Positions 11,895-21,446 of a DNA stretch of 32,304 bases are shown piece after piece. Position numbers and translations under genes: made by a program. The first letter of the stretch is position 1; each line of letters begins with the position of its first letter. The stretch comes from Octopus bimaculoides (taxonomy: Eukaryota), in assembly GCF_001194135.2 (NCBI RefSeq), contig NC_068987.1, positions 39,156,834 to 39,189,137 of the forward strand. The letters run 5' to 3'. The notes beneath the pieces were generated by a model, which searched no databases, was not told where the DNA came from, and saw nothing but the letters and a program-made list of their open reading frames with translations.

Positions 11895-12102
11895 TGAAAT
11901 TTTGGTGCAAAGCTAACAATTTTTTAGAGGGAGGGGTTTGTTAAATACATCGATCTTAGTACTTGACTGGTACTTTAATTTTTTTATCAACCCGAAAAGA
12001 ATGAAAGGATCTTAGTTGGATTTGAACTCAGAACATAACGAGCTGGAAGAAATGCTGCTAAGCATTTTCTCCAATGCTCTAGTGATTCTGCCAACTCATT
12101 AC
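11895..12102 (-). mobile_element. SINE (family A)
   Basis: gactggtacttt...atcaacccgaaaagaatgaaagg...gatttgaactcagaac...ctaagcatttt...attctgccaact. Confidence 0.75.
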
Positions 12103-12119
12103 CCATAATAATTACAATA

Positions 12120-12292
12120 ACTTCTAGTACAGAATCAGAGTTGGAAATTTAGAGGGAGAAGGCAAATGGTCATTGATATCAATCCCCTTCCCCACCACCT
12201 GACTGGTACTTTATTTTATCAACCTAGGAAAGATGAAAAGCAAAGTTAACCAAGGAAGGATTTGAACTCAGTAGCATAAAGAGATAGAACTA
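12120..12292 (-). mobile_element. SINE (family A), partial
   Basis: gactggtactttattttatcaacc...gatgaaaagcaaagttaacc...gatttgaactca. Confidence 0.7.
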
Positions 12293-12327
12293 ATTGTGTT
12301 AATGTGTCTCCTCCTAACATTGGAATA

Positions 12328-12546
12328 CAGTAATCCCTTGCCATATCGCGATTCACCTATCACGGTTTATTATTTAAGCTTACGTCGATTTCTCTGTGGT
12401 GCTGTTTTGGCATTTATAATAAAATAAATATATACAAATTATAAACATAGTTTAAAAAAATATATACTACTGTTTCTACTTCACAGATTTTCACCTATCA
12501 CAGGGAATTTTGGAATGTAACACCTATGTTAGTCAAGGGATTACTG
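12328..12546. mobile_element. Tigger/pogo-type MITE (Tc1/mariner superfamily)
   Basis: Perfect 13-bp TIRs CAGTAATCCCTTG / CAAGGGATTACTG, a TA duplication on both sides (12326-27, 12547-48), and an internal direct repeat CACCTATCAC. Confidence 0.85.
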
Positions 12547-12623
12547 TAATAATAATTAACCCTTAAATATAATTTTTAACATAAACACATTTAACATTAT
12601 TTACATTTGACGGATATTTGTCC

Positions 12624-13634
12624 TCATACATGAAGAATTCCACCCACTTCACAGAATTGATCAAGGATACCCCCATTGAATCCAACCAGATGGTGAGTCT
12701 AGATGTGATAAGTCTATTCACCAAAGTCCCAACTGATGAACACTATCGGTGATTCAAGAAAAACTAGTGACAGACACCCATCTAAAAGAACGCACTAGTA
12801 TACCAATAACAAACTTGATGGAAATGTTGACTTTCTGTGTAGAAACTACCTACTTCAGTATGGACACTGGTATATATCGACAAGAAGATGGTTTAGCTAT
12901 GGGTTCGCCATTATCACCGATAATAGCCAATATATACATGGAATACTTCGAGAATTTAGCTTTAGGATCAACACCACTAAAACCAACCCTATGGCTGCGA
13001 TACGTTGATGACACCTTTATTCTCTGGCCCCACCAGCAAGATGTCCAAATGCTGTTAGATCATGTGAACTCAATAAATCCATCCATACAGTTCACCATGG
13101 AAAAGGAACAGAACAATCAGCTGGCATTCTTGGACGTATTAATAACACACACCGAGTATGGATTCAGGACATCCGTATATCGCAAGCCAACCTTCACTGG
13201 ACGATACCTTAACTTCAATTCCCACCATCCATACAGTCTAAAGAGAGGAATTGCTCAGTGCCTAAAACACCGAGCAAAGAATATAAGTAGCGATCGTGAT
13301 ACCCACCACGAGGAAATGAACAAGCTCAGAAACAATCTATTAAGAAACAACTACCCCCAAGAACATACTATCTACTCCAATTATGAAGAAAAGAGAGGAT
13401 GAAACCAATAAACTGTCTACAGTCTGTCTACCCTATGTGAAAGGCCTCTCCGATAAAATACAAAAGATATGCGGCCCATATGACATCAGGGCAGTATTCA
13501 AGAGCAATACAACACTTCGCAAATATCTCCTTCGGGTAAAACCACCAACAGAAGAGAATATGACCAAAAACTGCGTGTACTCCATCCCATGCAGCTGTGG
13601 TAGGTTATACAAAGGCGAAACATGTCGCCCCCTC
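12624..13634 (+). pseudogene. Penelope RT and GIY-YIG endonuclease, two frameshifts, C-terminus lost in gap
   Basis: SYMKNSTHF; SLDVISLFTKVP; GLAMGSPLSPIIANIYME; WLRYVDDTF; LAFLDV; SHHPYSLK; NCVYSIPCSCGRLYKGET. Frameshifts lie near 12741 and 13356. Confidence 0.92.
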
Positions 13635-13901
13635 NNNNNNNNNNNNNNNNNNNNNNNNNNNNNNNNNNNNNNNNNNNNNNNNNNNNNNNNNNNNNNNNNN
13701 NNNNNNNNNNNNNNNNNNNNNNNNNNNNNNNNNNNNNNNNNNNNNNNNNNNNNNNNNNNNNNNNNNNNNNNNNNNNNNNNNNNNNNNNNNNNNNNNNNNN
13801 NNNNNNNNNNNNNNNNNNNNNNNNNNNNNNNNNNNNNNNNNNNNNNNNNNNNGAAAAATAATAGATTTATAAGCCTTAAAATTCACCCCATAATTGCCTA
13901 C

Positions 13902-13974
13902 GGGCATATGGCGTAGTGGTTAAGAGCGCGGGCTACTAACCCCAAGGTTCCGAGTTCGATTCACGGCAGCGACC
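13902..13974 (+). promoter_or_regulatory. tRNA-derived segment with Pol III A and B boxes inside the Penelope 3' region
   Basis: A box TGGCGTAGTGG (13909-13919); canonical anticodon-loop pattern CT-ACT-AA; T-arm CCGAG-TTCGATT-CACGG (B box). The acceptor stem does not pair, so it is not a functional tRNA. Confidence 0.8.
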
Positions 13975-14062
13975 TGATTAATAATAGTAGTAATAATAAT
14001 AATAATAATATAATAATAGTAACATCGTTAGGAATGAGAACCCAGGTTCAAAATTTCCCCAA

Positions 14063-14108
14063 GACACCTGACGAAGGGTGGAGGGTATATCAGCCGAAAC
14101 GTTGTGTT
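14063..14108 (+). ncRNA. Minimal type I hammerhead ribozyme (loopless palindromic helix III)
   Basis: Stem I GACAC/GTGTT; core CTGACGA + extra A; stem II GGGTG/CAGCC (1 mismatch) with a 10-nt loop; GAAAC-GTT. Predicted cleavage is after T14103. Minimal hammerheads are known from Penelope pLTRs. Confidence 0.75.
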
Positions 14109-14246
14109 AACAACAAACAAGATGAGGACAAATATCCGTCAAATGTAAATAATGTTAATAATTCCTCATCTCTTAAATATAGAACTATAAACACATTTGT
14201 GAGGATAAAGCCAGTTCAGTAGATCTTTTATATTTCATGGAAGTTA

Positions 14247-15524
14247 TTAGGTTGTCAAGAAAGTTCTTGCAGTTTTTAACCTTAAAATTCAGATGCACAT
14301 ATCTCAGCTCAAACAAAACTTTATTAATCAAAATAAACACTATCAGAATCAACACACTTTTGCCAACACGAAACAAGTTTATTTATGCCAGTAGTGTAAA
14401 AATTCTGCGTTCTGGTGGCGATAAAGTTGTTGGCATCGTCTTGGTTTTTGAAGCATTTCTCATGCAGGAAGTTGTCAAGATACTTGAAAAAGTGGTAGTC
14501 GGTAGGCAAGAGGTTTGGTGAGTATGGCGAATGAGGCAGAGTTTCATAGCCCAATTCTTTCAACTTCTGCAGGTTCAGTTGTGTGACATGTGGCCGAGCG
14601 TTGTCGTGGAGAAGAATTGGTCCTTTTCTATTGACCAATGCTAGCTGTTGTTGTCAGAGTTTCTTATGCATTTCATCCATTTGCTGACAGTACTTCTCTG
14701 CCATAATAGCTTCACCTGGATCCAAAAAGCTGTGAGAGATGAGACCGGCCGCAGACCACCAAACAGTCACCATGACCTTCTTTTGGTGCAACTTTGACTT
14801 CAGGAAGTGCCATGGAGCTTCGTCGGCGTCCAACCACTGAGTTGAGCATCACCGGTTGTCTTAAAGAATCCACTTTTCATCACAAGCCACAATCCAGTCA
14901 AGAAACGGGTCGTTCTTGTTGGGTAAAAAAAGGGAAGACGACACTTCACTTCAAAACAGCGTTTTTTTGGTTGTCATTCAATTCGTGTGGCACCCATTTC
15001 TCAAGTACATTTGTTTTTCCAATCTATTTCAAGTGGTTGGAAATTGTTGTATATGTTACAGCTAATTCAGAAGCAAGCTCTCAAACAGTTGTGCGTGGAT
15101 TGGCTTCCACTAAGGCTCTTAGTTGATCATTGTCAACACCCAATGGCCGACCACAACACTTATCATCTTCAAGACTCTCGTCACCACTACAAAATTTCTT
15201 GAATGACCATTGTGCTGTACGTTCGTTAGTGGTTCCTGGGCCAAACACATCGTTGATATCGTGAGCTGTTTTAGCAGCTTTTTGGTCTAGCTTGAACTGG
15301 AATAAGAAAATTGTGCGAATTTGCTTTTTGTCCATGTTGTATTCAATGTTCTGGAAAAAATGGCTTAATTATTCAAAAAGAAAGAGAGTAACATGATTAG
15401 ATAGAGCTAAAACAGGGTTTTAAAATTATATATAAAGTCAAAGTAATTTAATGAATATTAATTTGAAAATACATCATTTAAAACCAAAATTTAAAATTCC
15501 ACAAGAACTTTCTTTACAACCTAA
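14247..15524 (-). mobile_element. Full-length decayed mariner, Hsmar1-like (cecropia subfamily)
   Basis: TIRs TTAGGTTGT(C/A)AAGAAAGTTCTTG, TA TSDs, 1278 bp. The transposase (15335 to 14324) reads MDKKQIRTIFLFQFK, WVPHEL, ACDEKW, VMVTVWWS, LLHDNARPH, YSPNLLPTDY, WQKCVD, with stops and frameshifts. Confidence 0.95.
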
Positions 15525-15526
15525 TA

Positions 15527-15630
15527 GAAGATTGAAAGTCAAAGTAGTCCCCAGTAGGAGTTGAACTCAGAGCTTAGAGGGTCATAACATTGCTACGACA
15601 ATTAATATTCTCTCTACTGATTCTGCCAAT
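15527..15630 (-). mobile_element. Degraded SINE (family A)
   Basis: gaaagtcaaagtagtcc...gagttgaactcagagc...attctgccaat. Confidence 0.55.
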
Positions 15631-15773
15631 AATGTAGGGGTGTGTTTGAGTGTGTGGATTTTTGCAAATGTGTTTGTGTATGTACATTAGTGTATGCACA
15701 CTTGTCTATACATGTTTGTGTGAACAAACTTGTGCATGCATGCTTGTATATGCATACATGTGATTTTGTGCAG

Positions 15774-15970
15774 ATAGATTTCTTTTTCCTATTATAATCA
15801 GTGGATTACATATATTGTTGCTGTATAAGGAATCTATTGTTTCTGCAAGTGCTCCAAATATGCTATACGCTTGTTTCTTTACTTTTTTGTTTTTGCGTTT
15901 CCATGAAGAAAGATCTACTGTTGCACGAGAAGTAGTTTACCTGGCTGAACTGATTTCAATAAATTACTGA
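15774..15970 (+). CDS. Candidate host exon (hydrophobic, possibly terminal)
   Basis: Acceptor tgattttgtgcag follows an 81-nt AG-free stretch, with an in-frame stop just upstream. The phase-1 frame reads DRFLFPIIISGLHILLLYKESIVSASAPNMLYACFFTFLFLRFHEERSTVAREVVYLAELISINY*. AATAAA lies at 16061. No homologue recognised. Confidence 0.25.
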
Positions 15971-16332
15971 TAATTATTTCTTTTCCTTATTTTCTTTTTA
16001 AATCAAACTCATGATATTAAGCCATGCAATCAATATCTTCAAGACAAACCATTATATGTCAATAAAATGAATAATGTATAACCCTGATTAATATAACTGC
16101 TATTTCTAGCAGATATAATACATTATTTCTATTTGTGGTGAGAACCATTAAATAAGCAAGCATGGACTGCAGTTTCAATCTTTAGTTGAAGCTATTCCAT
16201 CTCACTTGGACCCCTAATGTCCTTTTGAAATGCATGTATATTAAAATTTTCCATTTCTTTTCCTTTCTTAAAATATGAATGATGATGATGATGCTGACAA
16301 TCTCTTTCTGCTTGTTTTGCACACTCACGCAG

Positions 16333-16350
16333 GCAAACGTGTGCATCAAA
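16333..16350 (+). CDS. Candidate 18-nt frame-preserving microexon
   Basis: 139-nt AG-free zone (16192-16330), branch-like CTGAC (16294), pyrimidine tract with TGC motifs, and gcag|GCAAACGTGTGCATCAAA|gtaaga. It is open in all three phases. Confidence 0.4.
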
Positions 16351-16415
16351 GTAAGAGTAAACTCCTAGCAAGTTAAATTTGCAAAACAGTTGCAGTTTGT
16401 ATGTTGTATCCTTGT

Positions 16416-17635
16416 GAAGGCATGTGACTTAGTGGTTAGAGTATTTAGCTAATGATTGTAAGGTTGTAAGTTCGATTCCCGGTAGCATGTGTCCTTAAGC
16501 AAGACACTTTATTTCACATTGCTCCAGTTCACTCAGCTGGCAAAAACGAGTAGTACCTGTGTTTCAAAGGCCAGCCTTGTCACATTTTGTGCCACACTGA
16601 GAACTACATTAAAGGTATTAAGTCATCCCATACATAAAGCAGTTTTTTCAATTGCATGAACTAAAAGTCAGAGGGGGATGGAATATACTACCTGCTTCAA
16701 CTTGCTATAAAAGCAGGAAGTAATTTTACCTTGTACTTATTCATAGTGCAAGTTTTGAAGAGTGCAGTTCGATTTTAACAGTTATTTTTTCAAAGCTATA
16801 ATGGAAGTGACAAAGGAGCATATTCGGCATATTTTATTTTACTTTATAAGTTCAATTAAAGCAACAATGCAATGGAAAGTGTGAGAAATATTAATGTAGT
16901 ACATGGGGATTGGACAATAAGCATAAGCCAGTGTCAGCTGTGGTTCCAGAGAATCCGACCCACAAACTACAGCCTAGAAGACGAGCTTTGTCTTGAAAAA
17001 TCTGTAGAATTCGACGAGGACATCCTGCAAAACTCTGATGGAACAAAATCTCATCATAACTGTTGAGGAACTAGCAGAGAAACTTGGATTTGGTTATTCA
17101 ACCATTCATCGACACCTGTGCTAAAAGAAAAACAACCATCTTTGGTTTCAAGACGAAAGGTGTTCTTCTATCAGGACAATACTTGGCCACATACAGCAAG
17201 GACGACATTCCAAAGGTTGGAGCAGTTTGAATGGGAAACGATGCCCCACTCACCATATTTGCTGGACATTTCCCCCATCTGATTATCATTTATTCTGCTG
17301 TCTGCAAAATCATTTGGACAAAAAAAATATGAATTCTGTAGATGAGGTGAGAATAGTCCTGGAGGAGTATTTTTTGTCACAGACAATTGAATTTTGGAAG
17401 AGGAGCCTTGCAAATCTACCAGATAGATGGAAGAGCATTGTAGAAAATGAACGAAAGTATATTTTAGATTGAGAAAGAACTTTGTATATCTTAATTTTGA
17501 AAAAGAAAAGAAGTGTAAAAAAGCCACATTATTTATGGGATAACCCAATGCTTATGTCTGTGGAGTGCTCAGCCACTTGCATGTTAATTTCATGTGTTGG
17601 CTGTTCTGTTGACCAGCTCAACTGGGATCCTCTTC
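16416..17635 (+). mobile_element. tRNA-derived SINE (family C) split by a mariner (SINE parts 16416-16617 and ~17549-17635)
   Basis: A box TGACTTAGTGG, B box GTTCGATTCC, then GTGTCCTTAAGCAAGACACTTT. SINE-like sequence resumes after the mariner (gtctgtggagtgctcagccacttgc). The continuity is inferred from a remembered consensus. Confidence 0.65.
16618..17548 (+). mobile_element. Internally deleted mariner
   Basis: Imperfect TIRs TTAAGTCATCCCATACATAA / TTGGGTTATCCCATAAATAA(rc). Transposase pieces: MTKEHIRHIL, QCQLWFQRIR, QDNTWPH, PSDYHLF...LPDRWKSIVENERKYILD*. The first catalytic Asp region is missing. Confidence 0.88.
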
Positions 17636-18099
17636 ATTGCCAGTCTTTTTTTGTTTTTGTGAAAGTATGAACAACACATATTCTCTCTCTCTCTCTCTTT
17701 TTTTTTTTTTTTGCATATTCTATAAATATGAGCTGGAATCGACTTGTCCTTTCATTATTCTGTGGTAGATTAAATATCACTCAAGTTCTAGAGCTGGTCC
17801 AACTGACTTTTCATTTTCCTGTTTATGTCAGGGGTCATTAATATTTCTAAGTAGCGCTCTTGGAAGAACTATGTTTTATAAGTATTTATGTTTCAATTTT
17901 GATGAATATGTTTATTGGTCTTCCTTGTGTGAAAAAGTGCCTTTGATGTTGTAATTCCCATATGGCCTTAGACTCGACATGGAGGCCTGCATCAAAGAAA
18001 CTTTTATCTGTTGCATTATGTTACACTAAAAGAGATATACATAAAATGAAAATTAATAATTAGAATTTTTTGGAAGCTAGTTATATACTTACCTTTTTC

Positions 18100-18182
18100 T
18101 GTATAGCAAGAAGCCTGTTTCTTAGCTATGTGGTTCTGGGTTTAGCACCACTGTGTGACACCAAATGTCTCCTACTATAGCC

Positions 18183-18216
<34 letters not shown>

Positions 18217-18267
18217 CTGTGTGTTTGTGCTTGTTCAAAAACCTGAATGGGTGCCATTGCAAAAAGA
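18100..18267 (+). mobile_element. Degraded SINE (family B) with internal (GT)n
   Basis: atgtggttctgggtttagcaccactgtgtgacacc...tgtctcctactatagcc followed by (GT)n. Confidence 0.55.
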
Positions 18268-19765
18268 TTTTCTCTTTTGAACAAGAAACAAGAAATTTAT
18301 CTCACCCACCCCTCTCTCTCACATAGTACACATACACACACACATGCACGCACATGTGTGTATGTATACAATTCACCACACACTAAAAAATACATATACA
18401 TACAATCATACACATACTAGCATAAACATACATACGCATACATTTACACATATACAAAGACCTCAACCAAACCAAAACACTATGAAAAATGATTGAACTT
18501 TTAACCTTTGTTTAACCATGTCTCTTTGACAAATTCCTGTAGCCAAAATATTGAGCACTGAATTCTTTTTCACACGCACATTTAGCCTTTTGCTTTCATC
18601 ATTTTTGTTTTATTTTTTGCTTTCTTTCATACATACGTACAGACATACATACGTATATATATATATATATAAACACTCTTAACTGAAATATAAAAGTTTC
18701 TCCAAAATTAAACATATACAAAATATATTTATAGCAACTCACACACAAACATACACAAATATATACAATTCATCATACACATAAACAGCCACATATATAC
18801 TCTCACACACTCATATTTTACTCAAACATTCTCATAAGCACTCCCAAACATTTACATACACACAAGTATACATACAATTGACCCCTTACACTAAAAATAC
18901 AAGCAAGGCTGACCCAAGCAATTTTGGATGAANNNNNNNNNNNNNNNNNNNNNNNNNNNNNNNNNNNNNNNNNNNNNNNNNNNNNNNNNNNNNNNNNNNN
19001 NNNNNNNNNNNNNNNNNNNNNNNNNNNNNNNNATATATATATAAATATATATATATATACTTGAATTTTTTTCTTTCATTTTAATTTATTTTTCCATGTT
19101 TGCCCATTCTTACACAAGCCCTTATTTCCTTTTCCAGTAAAGGATAACATGTTTCACTTTTATCATTGATCTAAAATATGTAAACAAACATAAGCGTGTG
19201 CACACACATTCACCCGCACTTACACACATATGTATATGTATGCACATGTATAGGTTTATATAAATATGTATGTATATGTATGAGTGTGTGTGTGTGTGTG
19301 TGTGTGTGTATGTATATATATATATGTATATATATTTATAAAGACTTTGTATCATACTATATACTCTATGTTTAAGTAGAATGATACATTAAGGAGCTTT
19401 TCTTTATGAGTACTAGCAGATTACTTGAATCCATATATTACGACTTATATTTATATATACACTAGCAGGGATTTAAATGGCATATTTTGTATATGTGTTA
19501 CAGACAAGTTGAAACATGTGATACGGGGAAGTGCAGCATTGAGAAAACATTTATGGAGTAAATGAAGGGCTAATTCAACTAAGTGACTTGCCATGCATCT
19601 GTTTGGAAGATTCCTTGTCAGGAAAAAGTGGATGAGTGGGTATGTGATTTTTGAACGCATCAAAAACCCCCTTTCCTCTATGTATATAAAACTGAGAAAT
19701 CTACATGAAAGAAATGACGTGGTAAAGGCGTGGATTGGCAAAGAGGTGCTTGATATTTCAGTTTG

Positions 19766-20099
19766 GAATCAATAGTCGTGACTCAACTGTGCACTCTTTC
19801 ATATAAACAGCATGTGACTATTTTGAGGACAACTCAGCTCCCAAATGAAAAGAATTCAGCATGCAGCATTGGGGTATGCAAGGTCATATTAAGGACATGG
19901 TTTCTAACAAATGTGACAAACATGACATTGAGTTGTTGACATGGCTGAGAATCAATAGTTGTGACTCAACCATGCACTCCTTCTTGTAAAGAGCATGCAA
20001 CCATTGTGAGGACAATTCAGCTCCCAAACAAAAACAATTCTGCATGCAGCATCCGGGCACACAAGGTCACATTAAAGATATGGTTTCTAACTAATGTGG
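19766..20099 (+). repeat. Diverged direct duplication, period 183 bp
   Basis: gaatcaatagt...ggtttctaac.aatgtg starts at 19766 and at 19949; about 150 bp align without indels. Confidence 0.9.
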
Positions 20100-20446
20100 T
20101 TATGTCTTAGACACCATAAATTAATAGGTTAGTGTACATGTGATATTTTGGTTTGTAATCAATAGCAGAAGAATATGGGCTTCGTCTATGCTTAGAGGGA
20201 AACTTTGATACTGAAGCTAAATGAAAATAGTTGAATAGTTGCTCAAGATTTAACATATTTTAGCATTTTTTTCATAATAAACAAAGTGCGTTCCAAACAG
20301 CTTTTATTCCAATAAATTGCTACCTATGGTACTATGAGAACAGACTATTATTGCTACCACTTAGACAATGCAGTTTGAATTCTACATTGATTCATCCATT
20401 TAATACAACCTACTTATATAATTTCAGTAGCTGCTTTTTTTCCAGT

Positions 20447-20630
20447 TTGAACAGAAGCAATGAATGGACCATGCTGTACATACCCCAAGAAAGGGGGGTT
20501 TTCTTCCCCCAGGGGCCCCATTACTCAATATGTGAAAAACCATCTCTAGAACATAAGTAATGTATTTTCCCAGTTTGGAGAAAATCAGTTACAAACTTTA
20601 GAAGTTCTGTGGGTTTACACACACACATCC
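20447..20630 (-). mobile_element. Non-autonomous Helitron-like remnant (copy 1)
   Basis: Homologous to 21045-21257 (ccccattactca.tatgtgaaaa...accatctct.gaacataagtaatgta...cccagtttg..gaaaatcagtt...acacacac); layout resembles 4013-4713. Confidence 0.4.
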
Positions 20631-20647
20631 TTAGTTTTTTTTTATGT

Positions 20648-20997
20648 CTTGCAAGTACTTGGTGACCCTGTCAGTGCAGGTGCCACTTATAGCACCCAGT
20701 CCTTACTGCAAAGTGATTGATGTTCGGAAAGGCATCCAGCTGTAAAAACCTTGCCAAAACTGACCATGACTGTGTTTGTGCCATGTAAAAAGCACTACTC
20801 ACCTTGCCTGTGCTTGTTCCATGTAAAAAGCACTAAGTCCAGTCTGCTGAGTGGTTGGTGTTAGGAAGGGCATCCAGCTGAAAAAATCCTGCCATAACAG
20901 TCTCAGAAATATGGTGCAGGCTTCAGCCTGGGTGGCTCTTGTAGTACCATCCCATCTATTCTGGCATAGAAGACAGACGTTAAACAACGATGATGAT
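20648..20997 (+). mobile_element. RTE-associated SINE/LINE 3' region with internal duplications
   Basis: GGCATCCAGCTG(T/A)AAAA x2 and CCATGTAAAAAGCACTA x2; it ends gacgttaaacaacGATGATGAT. Confidence 0.6.
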
Positions 20998-21044
20998 ATG
21001 TACAGGTAGGGAAATTAACATAAGTACGTCATCAAGAATAATGT

Positions 21045-21257
21045 CTCTTGAACAAACGAAGCCACCGAGTTATGCAATTGCTCGTACTGCTTACCCAGGA
21101 TAGGAGGGTTTCCTGCCCTCAGGAGCCCCATTACTCACTATGTGAAAAGATTTAAAAGTCTAAAACCATCTCTGGAACATAAGTAATGTAAGCTCCCAGT
21201 TTGACGAAAATCAGTTGTGAAGTTTAGAACACACACACACATTCTCATATATACAGA
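21045..21257 (-). mobile_element. Non-autonomous Helitron-like remnant (copy 2)
   Basis: Paralogue of 20447-20630. Confidence 0.4.
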
Positions 21258-21446
21258 AAGAGAGAGAGAGAAAGAGAGAGAGAAAGAGAAAGAGAGAGAG
21301 AAAGAGAAAGAGAGAGAGAAAGAGAAAGAGAGAGAGAAAGAGAAAGAGAGAGAGAAAGAGAAAGAGAGAGAGAGAGATGTCTATATAAATGTATGTGTGT
21401 GTGTGTGTGTGTGTGTGTATTAATATCTATCTATCTATCTATCTAG
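21255..21446 (+). repeat. Compound microsatellite (GA/GAGAAA)n, (GT)n, (TCTA)n
   Basis: Read directly. Confidence 0.97.

Larger units (their letters stand above)
12593..14186 (+). mobile_element. Penelope-like retroelement, 5'-truncated with inverted pLTR fragment, TSD-flanked
   Basis: 12-bp TSD ATAAACACATTT (12581-12592, 14187-14198). 12593-12627 is the exact reverse complement of 14122-14156. An RT + GIY-YIG ORF lies inside. Confidence 0.93.

Noticed and set aside
13902-13974. Functional tRNA gene (anticodon ACT)
   Set aside because: The acceptor stem does not pair, the D and anticodon stems have mismatches, and there is no poly-T terminator; it is tRNA-derived only.
18087-18112. Minus-strand 6-nt microexon (tacag|AAAAAG|gtaagt)
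   Set aside because: The donor is perfect, but the acceptor lies in a SINE head and no other minus-strand exons support it.
21217-21423. ORFs with poly-ER/EK, poly-Y, poly-N, poly-L or SIYL repeats (also 7897-8118, 21642-21935, 31909-32189)
   Set aside because: These are translations of microsatellites.
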